In this document: piece by piece, positions 22,277 through 34,256 of the stretch
Layout: each line of letters starts with the position of its first letter
Numbering within the stretch: position 1 is the stretch's first letter
From: Podarcis liolepis
Lineage: Eukaryota
Direction: 5' to 3' (one strand)
DNA length: 64,000 bases
NCBI GenBank assembly: GCA_965112155.1
Contig: OZ218100.1
Notes under the pieces: generated by a model
Databases searched by the model: none
Seen by the model: only the letters and a program-made list of their open reading frames with translations
Told to the model about the DNA's origin: nothing
Made by a program: the position numbers and the translations under genes

Positions 22277-24999
22277 AAAGAAAGCTCTATGTAGCAAAAA
22301 ATATGTTCAGATACAGTAACTCTGATATACAAAACTTACACAGTGAAGTGCTCTAGTGAAGTGTTTCTAAGCCCCAAATCAAGATACTAACAACCAAAGT
22401 TTTAATCACATTATTAACATATACTAGATATACAGTGATATTATACTTGTTTGTCAAATCAAGAAGCGTGTCTGAGATAAAGATAACTAGAAATGTATAT
22501 TTTGAAAAACAATAGTATACTACACAAAAACACAACAGGGGCCACATCAGGCCACGGCTTGTAGATCCCCAACATAGCAGAACGAAGTACTAATATTAGT
22601 AGTAGTAAACAGGAATGTGAGTGCTACTTTTTATGAGACAATACAGTGCACAGTTACATTTGCATCTTCTGTAAAAACATGTATACAAGGAGGCACATTG
22701 TTACTTATCTAAGCCTAGAGCATGCACAAGAAAAGGGCATGTATATTCCTCCCTTCATTGCTACAAACCTCTTACAAACAGCTCCACAAGAAATACTCTT
22801 CCCTCACAATGCTTCCCCTTCAGTGACTTTCCTGACTAGCTCCTTTTTACATTATTTCACCACATTCCTCACAGGTCCTCATAATAAGCAGCCCCCAACA
22901 CAGAAATCATGTAATGCACTGAACTGGTAACAGCAGACACAATTCTTACTGTAGTCAAATATACAAACTTAAGATAGGTACAAACTACAAGTATAAAAGT
23001 GAGAATTGTAAATGAACTACTTAGTCCCACTAATAATGTCTGAAACCTGAACTGGAAAAAGCTATATTTTCCAAAAGAAAAAAAAAGTGCCTGAAAGATT
23101 AATTCACAATAAAGAAATCCATACACTTCAATATCAATAAGCAGTGAACTCTACATGATACCAAAATATGAGAACACAATGGGTCAATTCCAACATACCA
23201 TACATGTCAATCTGTATTTCAAAAAAAGGGGAGCATTATTTTTTATATACATAAAAATGATCAGTCGATTATCATTTTGCCTGAAAAGCATACCACACCT
23301 TTATGCATGTCTGAGGGTCAACTACTCAGATAGGCTGTCGACCTGAATCTAGTCGCATGCATGACACGCTGATAATAGATACTCCTATATTTATTTCAGA
23401 AGCAGAATGGCAATAAAATAATTTCATTCGGATGTTCAACATAGTCGTCACACCATAGCAGCAAAATTAGGGAAGTCTTGGCAGATCAAGACAATTACTT
23501 GATCAGGTGCTTCAACAAACTAGCGGTACCATCAGTTCTACTGATGTTGTCGCCTTCCAGTAGAATAAATTTATGGAGTGCTGATCTATATTCAGTTGAT
23601 TTCTGGATAAGAAACAGTCTCTTTCCTTTTGGTGGCGCACCAGATGAGCCAAATCTTTAAAAACTCCAACCTATAACTCAGTGTTTCTCAGACAGTTGGC
23701 TAGTGTCAAAAATTCATTGCATGTTGAGTAAAGACTGGGAAAAGCTGGAAATGGAAGGACGGTCTCCCTCTTCTGAGGGGGAAGGGGAAGGGGAGGTGTT
23801 AAAGGTGAGATTATAGGTTAATATTTTTATAAGCTAGAAATAGAAAGTAAGAGAATGAGAGGAAAACTGTTGTAGGAGGAAGAAATTAATGCAAAAGGAT
23901 TAAGGAGGAAGGGCTGAAAGAAACAGCAGTCGGCTGGGTATGTGTGAATAAGGTACAAGTTAAGTGTGAAAGGAAAATGGGAGAAGATCAGTAACTGTGG
24001 TAAGATGAGACAGTAAAAATACTTTAGAGGCATGTGGGAGTGTAAAGGGGGAAATGTAAAAGAAAAAGCCTTCTCCACTTAAAGAGCCTCTGAAGAAGCA
24101 AATTCTGCCAAAAATAGGGAGGCTGAGTCACAATACCTACAGAGCAAATGTCTGTACTTAACCTGAGGGAAACTGAGCTATGGAACTCCTTGCCACAAGG
24201 AAAATGCTGTGACAAAGATGTCAGCAATTTCCAAAGATGGATTCGATATCAGTAGAAAATGATGTCAGCAACTGTCAGCTGATTATGCCAAACTGTTTCC
24301 ATCTGCCACCGTTTAGTGACTGGCTCTGCCACTGCACCATTTTGTGACTGGTGGGCCTCAAGAAATTTAACTGAGCCTCGCGGGCAGAAAGTTTGAGAAC
24401 CCCTACTGTAACTTTTTTTTTGCCCACAATTTATTGTTTAGCTTTCCCCACACCTTTTTAAATTATCCTACACAATTCTTCCAGCTTTCAATCCTACTCC
24501 ACGCTTCTCTTTCAGTATTGAAGTCCATGATTACCAGTGTGGAGAGTGCTGCCGCAACCCAGCCCTGCTTGCAGGCCTACCATGGGTATCTGGATGACCA
24601 CGGTGAGAACAGAATGCTGGACCAGAGAGGCCTATGGCTGCTTCCCCATCACTCTTAATTATCTTTTTATCAGAAGACAGCAGATGACTTCTCTTACACC
24701 ACCTCTATAGTATTCAGAATAATGAAGCAATTTAACTGGACATCTCCGACAAAAAGAAGCACCAAAATAAGATGGTATTCATTGAGCTTTTTGACATAAA
24801 GGGTGCATTCCTAAACAAGTTGACAAAAGTAAGTCTCAATGAATTCAGTAAGACTTACTCTGAGGTAAATGAGGCTGGGATTACAGCCTAAGTTATCTAG
24901 TTCCTCTTTGATCTTTTAGAGATCAAAGGCAACTCAGATTTGAAGCCCAGTATTGCTCCCCTCATACATAGGTTTTAGCTGAAAATAAAAGATTCTTAC

Positions 25000-25157
25000 T
25001 TTTTCTCCCTCTCTTCCGTTTCAAGACTGGTATTCTGATTTTCCAAGTCCTTACTCTTCTCATCCTCTTTATGTTCCACATTGGCTTCATCTGTTTTCAG
25101 TATTCTTAATTCCTTTTCCTGGTCAGTGTGTGATTCCTGAAAACCTTTTTTGCTTCC
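25000..25157 (-). CDS. ARID4B: ARID4B exon 16 (158 nt)
   Basis: ttctcctag|GGAAGC...GAAAAA|gtaaga; GSKKGFQESHTDQEKELRILKTDEANVEHKEDEKSKDLENQNTSLETEEREK; phase 0-2. Confidence 0.92.
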
Positions 25158-26054
25158 CTAGGAGAAAGAAAAACATTGATATAGCTCACATTTTTTTTTA
25201 AAAAAAACTGTTAGTTTTCAATTAGGAAGAATCTGCACCAGCCATTTTCTCTGTTGATATCTATACTGGATTTGAATTGATTTTATGTATGTGCTAATGT
25301 TGTTTTAAACTCTCTGTCTGTCTCTCTGTGTAAACTTTTTTTAAAAAAAAATATTTATGCAGTTGTTTAACTGTTTTTATATACATTGCTGTTTTATATA
25401 AGCTTTATTATATTGTAAATCACTTTCATGAAATAATAACACATCTTTAAGGAAGTACTGCTGCAATTCACATTGGATTATGAATGTTGTCCCTTGATCC
25501 ATGTCCAGGCTGCTGAAACAGGACCACTGGTTTTACCTGTGAAGGGTATTTTTTAGTGAAAGGATGTTCTTAGGTAGAATGAGAGCTCCCTCAAGCACTC
25601 GCAAGTGCGACTGCAGCTAAATTAGAGATTTACCCTCTCAGCTGGCCCCCAAGCTGCAACATCCTGCACTCAACACACTAGTAAGAAAACATACCAACAA
25701 CATGTAGCAACAACAACACACACTGAGCAGTGCCCTGCTCCGTCACACAAGGCAATCCAGATACAGACTCAATCAGATAAGAACAAACCAAATAGTGAAT
25801 GGTGGGGTAAGGCTATGAAAACATCTTTTCACTCAAAGAAAAGTACTATTCATGTGTCCAAGTTACCCAAAATAAGGTGGGTTTGGCTGCCTATATCCCT
25901 GGAAACACATGGTGAAGCACATGCCTCTCAAAAGTGTACCTGCAGAGATGTAAGTATCAATATGGCAATCTCTTGTAAAGGAACCAGGCCTCACCCAGGC
26001 CGGAGCATAGCACAGAGCATTTAAAAATAACACTGCAGTCTCATGTATGCACTA

Positions 26055-26431
26055 AGGTAAAAGGTAAAGGACCCCTGGACGGTTAAGTCCAGTCAAAGGC
26101 AACTATGGGGTTGCGACGCTCATATCGCTTTCAGGCCGAGGGAGCCGGCATTTGTCCACAACAGCTTTCTGGGTATGTGGCCAGCATGACTAAACAGCTT
26201 CTGGCGCAACAGAATACCATGACTGAAACCAGAGCGCATGGAAACACCATTTACCTTCCTGCCACAGCAGTACCTATTTATCTACTTGCACTGGCATGCT
26301 TTTGAACTGCCAAGTTGGCAGAAGCTGGGACAGAGCAACGGGAGCTCACCCCATTGTGGGGATTCAAACCACCGACCTTCTCATCGGCAAGCCCAAGAGG
26401 CTCAATGATTTAGACCACAGCGCCACCCACG
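26055..26431 (-). mobile_element. Sauria SINE, near full length, with 14-bp TSD
   Basis: tRNA-like head GTGGCGCTGTGGTCTAAA...GGTTTGAATCC, (ACCTTT)n-like tail; TSD TCATGTATGCACTA at 26041-26054 and 26432-26445. Confidence 0.9.
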
Positions 26432-28073
26432 TCATGTATGCACTATTGGTATGGCCGTAATACTCCATGACTTAGGGCACCTCTTTCTTTTGATATGTTT
26501 GCATATCTGAAAAGTGAGTAATATTTTTATTCACAGATAATGCCACCTCAAATCCCAAAAAAATCCTCTTCAGAGGAAGTTTTCAGAGGGTTCTAAGGTG
26601 CACCCATTCTTTACACAGAGCTTCCTTATCACAATCAATATGAAGAGAGTGGGAAACTGAACCAGACATCCTTGGGTGGCCCACCTTACGCATGAGTGCT
26701 TTAGCAGTATCAGTCCTCTCAGCCATGGTATCCATGCCAACAGAGACAGAACTAGGTTTTGTGCCCATGACAGTAAAGGTCAATGCCATCCAGGAGCACG
26801 GTGTTTATGAGCTGATTTATATGCTGCCTTAAGGGCTTTAGCCTTCAACTGCTTTATCTTGCCCATAGCCCCAGAGTAGCTGTAGCTGATTACTGAGATA
26901 TAATGGGTGATCAGCAAAAATATTAAATTTTAAAAAGCTACAGAGCTGCTGGAGGAGAACTCTGAAAAAAATGCCGGAGTTCCGGAGGGGAGGAAATATC
27001 CCCTCCATTGACCAAAAACAAAATTTGGACACTGGGGGTGGAGGGTAGTTCACTTTAAACCAGGGACAAGCAACAGGGGAGGTGGTGAAGGGAAGATACA
27101 GAGCAGAAAGAGTGGAAAGTGGTAAGGCATATAAGAAACCCAAACACTCACACAGTCAAGCACTGTACATCAAGAAAAAAACTCACGGGACTCCCTAAGA
27201 GAGAAACAGCATCAACTATGATTCTATGATTCTATGAACACAACCTTCCCCCAAATAAGCACAGAAACACTAACAACAAATGATAAGCAACAATGTCATA
27301 AAGATAAGCTCCGAAAACTGTAGACAAAACACAACTCTGAGCAAAACTGAATGGAGAATGTGAGATACAACCTCCCAACGTAAAAGCAGTAAAAACTGCT
27401 GGGAGCTGAAGAGCAGAAACCTCTAATTTAGCTGTGCTAGAGGGAGCTCTCATCCCACCTTACAACATCTCTGCTCAAAGGAAAAAGGAACATAAATATC
27501 ATAGGAAACATTGTTCACCCATAACTTTCCAGATATTTTTGACCAGGAGAACATCAGGAACATGGAGCTCTGATTTTCCACATGCTGCATATTATTGCTA
27601 CAAGGAATTTGTAAGGTCATGTGAATGTAAGGAACTTTCAAACTGTGTTATCAGTTTCTTAGCTTGAGGGTTCCTAGCTTAACGGAGCTTAGCAAAAAGA
27701 GGAGCAAAGGATCTGGGTGTGAGGACAAAAGTCTGGTTCGGATCTTGGGACACAATCTCCAAATGTAGTCTAGATATAGCAGAGACAACAGTGTTTGATT
27801 TCTGCCTAAACAGAGTTTTTAGGGCCTTCTTTAGACACCCACAAAGGTATTTCTTTTGTCAAAGTGAATCTGGACTGCAACAGGTTATTAGCTCTAGAAA
27901 TGACATTAATACTTTGAGAAATGTAGCAAAACTAGCAAACAGTATATTAATGCTAGAATAAAACGCTTTGCTTTATAGGCACAATATCCACTCAAATAAT
28001 ATTTCAGCTTACTTTAGCAGAACACAATGATATATTTTACAAAATCTTCAAAAAATAATGGAACAGTTCTTAC

Positions 28074-28323
28074 CAAGGAGGACGTATCATTTTCTTTTCT
28101 TTCACTCTCATTCTCAGCTTGTGTGTCTTGTTGTTTCCTCATTACTTCATCATCTCTTTCTTCAGTTTCCACCTTTATTTCTTTTATATTTTGCTCAGTT
28201 TCTTCATGCTTCTTCATATCTTTTTCAAGGTCCTTACAGGGCTGGCTCACTATTTTCTCTGGTAATGCCATTTTAAATTCAACATTAGCTGATGTACAGT
28301 ACTCTTCAAAGCCATAGAGGTAT
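28074..28323 (-). CDS. ARID4B: ARID4B exon 15 (250 nt), ARID end plus acidic linker
   Basis: cttttag|ATACCTC...TCCTTG|gtaaga; YLYGFEEYCTSANVEFKMALPEK...ERKENDTSSL. Confidence 0.96.
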
Positions 28324-29192
28324 CTAAAAGATGGCAATAACATAATAATTAGTTCACCATAGTTTGGTTTATGAGACAACTACATTTTTAAGGATGTAAA
28401 TTAATTTGCTAAATAATGGTTTAAGATTGCTTTGTTTTTTAAAAGAAACCAACAACATGGAACCAGCTCAAAATTGTGTTGTTGTTTTAACTGCCCCCAA
28501 TGCCAACTTGTTTTTGAAAGAAATACCTGAAAAAAAGTTATGTTGAGTCTGGTTAGTCTAGCAACATGGAAGCTCAGGAATAAAATTTAATAACTTTCCA
28601 AACAAATTTGAAAGAGGACTTACTGTTAGCTGCCAGAACAGCAGACTTGATTTGGGTAGTTACTACTACACATGGCATGATACAGCCAAAATAGATAAAC
28701 ACCTTAATTAGAACTGTATCCTCCTATTTAGGATTAAGCCCCATTGAAGTGACTTATTTCTAAATGAATACACACGAGTACAGTATTAGGATTGCACTGT
28801 GAGAGTACTGGGCTCTTTGCTCTGTGGATGTTTCTGGAAATGCAGGAAGGATATGATGTTTGCAAATCCCGCCTTTCTCCTGAAGCCCCTTATACCACCT
28901 CCCATGCTGTTCCAGAGATCGTCTAACCCTTCAGAGCAAGGGTTGCAGACAGAAAGGGGACTCGGTGAAAACTACTTTCCCCATTGTTTTGTTCATGGAA
29001 GGCTCCGCTGAAACAAAGCTGTTCATGACTGAAAAAACACAACTGAATATAGCCCATTATCTTTTTTTTTTATTTAAATGATGACAGCTTTAAAACAGAA
29101 TACCTATGCAATGTTTATTTTCGCTGAGATGAAGCATTTAACGTTGAGTATCAAAGCGAGGCACACAATTATATATATACAGATCTACTTAC

Positions 29193-29290
29193 TTTTTGTA
29201 TGCACATTTAACATTATATCCAGCGGCAGAGTTCAAGACAGGGATCCCAAGATCCTGATACACTTGCTTCCAGACTGCTCCACTTTCAAT
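29193..29290 (-). CDS. ARID4B: ARID4B exon 14 (98 nt), ARID domain
   Basis: ctttatag|ATTGAA...AAAAA|gtaagt; [32 protein letters not shown](K). Confidence 0.97.
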
Positions 29291-29761
29291 CTATAAAGCA
29301 GAATGAAAGTTGTTATCCCAATAAAAAGCATTATGTCCATGTTTAAATGAATAATTATGCACAGGTGTCTAAATAAGTAATTTATTCTGAACTTTAAGGA
29401 TCTAAAATAGCACACACAAAAATTAGATGCCCATACTTTAAGAGTATTCAAATTCACTTCCATCTCCTGTGCACAGATAATACATATGTATTTTGAAGTA
29501 AGTCTGTCTTCTATGGGGTTAACACTCAGATAATTGGGTATATGTAATGACTGCAGACTTCATACTAAACTACTATTACAAGCTGCTTTCTTTTTTATCC
29601 TAGAAAAGAGTCTTAGTGATAGAAAAATTAATGCATAAAAAGTCCTTAGTGTGATGTCCACCTCATCATCTACAAAGCTCCTCTCCTAGTGGTTTTGAAG
29701 CTGCACTATTAACTTTTCTTCAAATTGCAAAATTATTTCTACTCTGATTAATAGTACTTAC

Positions 29762-29856
29762 ATTATCAAATCCTCCAAGCTTATGTACAAGTCTGAATAA
29801 TTTGAAGAGATTCAAGTTTCTGTATCCAAGAACAGGTCGTTTATTAATAGGAGTCC
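29762..29856 (-). CDS. ARID4B: ARID4B exon 13 (95 nt), ARID domain
   Basis: tttcacag|GGACTC...GATAAT|gtaagt; [32 protein letters not shown]. Confidence 0.97.
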
Positions 29857-31324
29857 CTGTGAAAGAAAGCATTTTGAAGTGTGGCTTTTTAGCTTGTAAA
29901 GAGCAACTCATATTGGTGTTAATGCACATAAATCAGTTCAGTGTTTCAATCTCAGACTATACCACATATATATACTGTGCAGCTCAATACTCTGAATATT
30001 TACTCAGAGGTAATTCCAATGAGGCTTCCTCCAGGGAAATGTGCATGCGATTGCAGTTGTGGCCTTATCTTCCTAGTTAACAATCATGTAACAGAACTCA
30101 TATTACACAGTTTTTCCAAGTAATTGGAAAAGCCATTATTAAATATGTGTGGGCTCCAAAATTTGCTAAATGATACAAAGGGAACTTCTTTGCAAAGCTG
30201 AGATTAATTAATTTAATTCAGCTTTCTTGTCAAATCCATTCATTCTGCCCTATGATTACTAAAGGGCAGTTGGACAACTGGCATTATGATACAGTTCAAA
30301 ATCAAAATATAATGAAATAATATTTGCCCTGCAATCATTCTTCTCTTCAGGCCTGTGCAACTTGTAATCCACAAAGTTGAAAACACCACACCAGCAACAT
30401 ATGGTAGCCATGAAGAGCTTGATAAACTTCCAATTTTAGCTGCCTGCAAAGGATTGCAAAAGCACCTGGCAGGCCACAAAACTTGGTTGGTGAGCTGTGT
30501 TTGGTTTTGGTGGGTTACAAGTTGTGCAGGTTCGTATATAATACAGACACACACTGCATAAGTTATTAGTTACTCTGTTGTTTCTTTACATGCTGCATTT
30601 TCCTTCCATTTTAAAATTGGTGTGCTGTTATTATATTTTTACTTTGATATAACCTGTCCAGGGAACACTAACTGGATGTACGTGTAACAGGACACATGTT
30701 TTAGAAAAATAAATAACAGGTTTAATATATAAATGAAATATTTTGCTGTACTATACCAGCTAGAATTCATTTTTATTTCCAAAAAGATAGTGCTACTTTT
30801 TAACAGGAACAACTTTCAACTGGCCTATCTGATGTAGTGGTTGAAATGGGGCGGGGGAGCCTTTTTGAACCTTATGGCTGCATTCCCTTCTGGGCAACTT
30901 TATGAGGGCAGGACTAGAAGCACAACACAGATGTAAATTTTATCTTTGTACAGTAGGCTAGCTTCTAAACATACGCACAACACCCCTCGCTATCCTCCAT
31001 CCAAGCAAGGGAGAATGATTATCAGAGTTCAAGGATACATTCCAGCCAGGGATAAAGCACCATAGGAGTATCTGAAGCAAGGCCAGTGTGGCCTGGCAGG
31101 GCCCCCAAAGGCTAGAAAGAGACTTGAAGAGTCACATTTGACCAGAGGTTCCTCACCCCTGGGCTAGGACCTGGGAGACCAGGGTTTAAACCCCAACAGA
31201 GCTTTGAAACTCACTTTATGAAAAGCAACAAGACAAGTTTTCAGGGGTGTACTACATTCTCGTACTGTACTACATCCCCTATAGCGTAAAACAAACGATA
31301 TGTTAAATATAATGACATGCTTAC

Positions 31325-31397
31325 CCCTGTCTTCCATGAATTTATAGAGTTGTTGTAAGAAGTTTTCTCTTTCCTCTGGAAAGGGTTCTATTTCTTC
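31325..31397 (-). CDS. ARID4B: ARID4B exon 12 (73 nt), ARID domain start
   Basis: aattag|GAAGAA...AGGG|gtaagc; EEIEPFPEERENFLQQLYKFMEDR. Confidence 0.96.
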
Positions 31398-32636
31398 CTA
31401 ATTTAAACAATATGGTAACAAAAGCACATGTTAGATTGCCCTGTTAATCGCCACAATTTTCTTTAAAAAGTATTGCAGGGAATTACATTTATATTTTAAA
31501 AGTTCAGGAACCATTACATAATGCTTCAGTACTTTGGCTTTGAAGGCAAATGTCATTTCTCTGTATCTTACACTAATAACTGTTTTAAGTGTATTTTAAT
31601 TGCAAAACGTTTAGTTTCACTATGGGGAGTCATCAAAATACAAATAAATGCATATTTATAGCATAATCTTCTGCATGTCTACTAAGAAGAAAATTGAATG
31701 GGACTTGCTTCCAAATAAGTGTATACAGGACTGCAGTCTTAAAGTGCCATAATAAAAACATAAAGCAAATCTGAAATAACAGATTAATTGAAATTTGTTA
31801 TCTGTTATTTAATTATAGCAGTCAAACTGAAATTCCATTTTCCTCTCCAAGACAAAAAATATTTCATTGTGGAGATGGCAACTTTTGCAGAAAGATAAAC
31901 CAACTTATTTCCAGGGATGTTCCACATATATTTTAGCACAATTTTGAGGGAGGTGGGTTTTTGGGTTTCACTTTTTAAAGTTTCCTTCTTCTTTGTAAAC
32001 CAACAAAACAACTCCAGTAAAAAATTAGAAAAGCAGATGTTGCTGATGTTACAGTTAATCATGTTTGTTAGAAGCGGGATTTAGCAAAACACCAAGTTAA
32101 TATTAAGGAGGATTCTTAGTCATTCAATGCATGCCTGTGCGGGGTTTGCAGATCATGGTGTGTGTGAATGACTTTTCCCCTACTCTTATATGCTGCTAGT
32201 TCAATGTCTTATCCCTAAAGGCTATGGTATCAGCAGAACATTCTTCTTTTTTTTTTTTTTTACAAACCCAAATAAGAGATAATGTCCCTTCTTTATTCCA
32301 GTCAAACACGCTCATTACCACAATTATTCTGCCTATTTCTTGAACTTAAATAAAACTGCAACATATAGGTCCTATACCACCCCTGTTGGTAGTTTCCCTG
32401 CCCCCCTTGCAGAATTTAACGCTGATCGCACACTAGTTTTCTTTGTTGCATAAAGAAAACTGGTTTCCTAGACTAATCAGGGTTCACAAATATGGACAAT
32501 ATACAAGGAAGAGGTATGATAAAGACAATGTAATAAAAGGGTTGATATTGTCTGTGCCACTACTGTAATTCAACAATCAATATACTCCAAACGGGAAATA
32601 TTCCATGGCTCAACCAAATTACGGTGCTGTACTTGC

Positions 32637-32782
32637 CTCTTCTTCGCTGCTGTTATCTTCCTTTTCTTTTTCATCTTCCTCCTCCTCTTCTGCTTCGCTA
32701 CTGGAGCTTTCCTCTTTCAACTCAGTCTTCCAGTTACTGGGAACAGTTTTGTTTTTACGGAATTCTAAGGCTTGATCAAAAG
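32637..32782 (-). CDS. ARID4B: ARID4B exon 11 (146 nt), ends at a non-canonical GC donor
   Basis: tttacag|CTTTTG...GAAGAG|gcaagt; AFDQALEFRKNKTVPSNWKTELKEESSSSEAEEEEEDEKEKEDNSSEEE; only the GC donor keeps frame with exon 12. Confidence 0.92.
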
Positions 32783-34118
32783 CTGTAAATAGAATTAGCA
32801 CTGAATGTCAACTTCGCTCTTGCATGTAAAACAAAATTTAAAAAATAGGCCAGTTTGGTAAAACACAAAAAAAGAGAGAAATGGGACTTGTTCAAGTTTT
32901 CTCCTTGGGAACGTACTGGTGCAGGCCATATGCCTTTTCCTTGTGAGGAAAAGATGGTAAGTGTGTGAAGTGATCCTACTTTTATTTGAACATGGGATTT
33001 CCCTCACCCTAAGAGATAAAAAGCCCACCTTTGTTCCAAAGGGGTTTGGCTAACATCTCACAGTAAGCACATTCACCAATCTATGCTTTTGGCATTACAA
33101 AACTATCTGCTATAGCTAGATACTATTTTATCACTTTAGCAGACTTGCTTGGAGCCACAAGTCCATCAGCCATGGACAAACCCCTGGTATAAGTTCATAA
33201 CTTTTGTGCATCAAAGTAGTGCCATGTGCTCATTTAATCACAGCTCACCTCTCACTACCTTCTATGATAAAATGGTATAGTTTTATAAATATACAAAATT
33301 AAAAGTGCCCTCTGTCCACTATCTGCCTATTTATTTCTGTACATAATTAAAGGTGCTGGCTTTGACTTATTAAGCCTTAAATGGCTTGGGATCAGGGTAA
33401 ATGAAAAACCACAAATTCCCATCAAAACATGTCTTGAGTATTAGGATCAGACGCCCTGTTCACAATGTCCCATCTCCTGAAGTATGGTGGGTGGCAGTGA
33501 AGGACAGGACCTTTTCAGTTGTGGCACTTCATTTATGGAACTCACTCCCTGTCCATTAGCCTAGCAAATTCTGATAGCTTTCAGGGGTATTTTTTACAAG
33601 TGAGGCATCACTCAGCTGATTTATTCTGGCTATTTAAGATAGTATTTAACATGGTCTTGATGGTATTTAATCATGCTTGTCTTGTATGGTGTTGGCTTTT
33701 GTTCTTCCTAGTTCAATTAGATTATTAGCACCCTCAGAAATTATAACTGAGAGGCAATGCGTACATATTTCAAATACATTAAAAGAATAAGTAATGAAAA
33801 TTTAGCTGACCCCTATTTACCCCTTCTCTGATATTACAATTTGGGGGCTGCTCTTTTTTTTTTTTAAAAAAGATCCCAGCTGGGCTCAGAAGGTGTCTGC
33901 AGAATTCATCTCCTGGCTGTCCCTATAGCAAAAGCCAGAGACTGCCTGTATGGTTATAATGTGAAGGAGCTGCGTGGGAGAGATGTAATGGAGCCAGACA
34001 GGACCAGCATATCAGGTGGCTGCTGACTGGAGAACAGCTGCCAGTCTGAAATTTCATGCTTTTTGTCATCGTTCTTGAGCTGAACTGCAGGCTGGAATAG
34101 AGGACTGCTAATAGTTCA

Positions 34119-34256
34119 CAGAGGTGGGCAACCTGTGGCACTCTAGATGGTGCTGGGCTAGTACAACCATCATCCCTGTCCACTGACCATAATGGCTGGG
34201 GCTGATGGGAGTTGGAGTCCAGTAACATCTGAAGGGCTACAGATTCCCGACCCCTC
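34119..34256. mobile_element. Palindromic hAT-type MITE (~135 bp)
   Basis: GGGCAACCTGTGGCACTCTAGATG...CATCTGAAGGGCTACAGATTCCC inverted symmetry. Confidence 0.72.
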
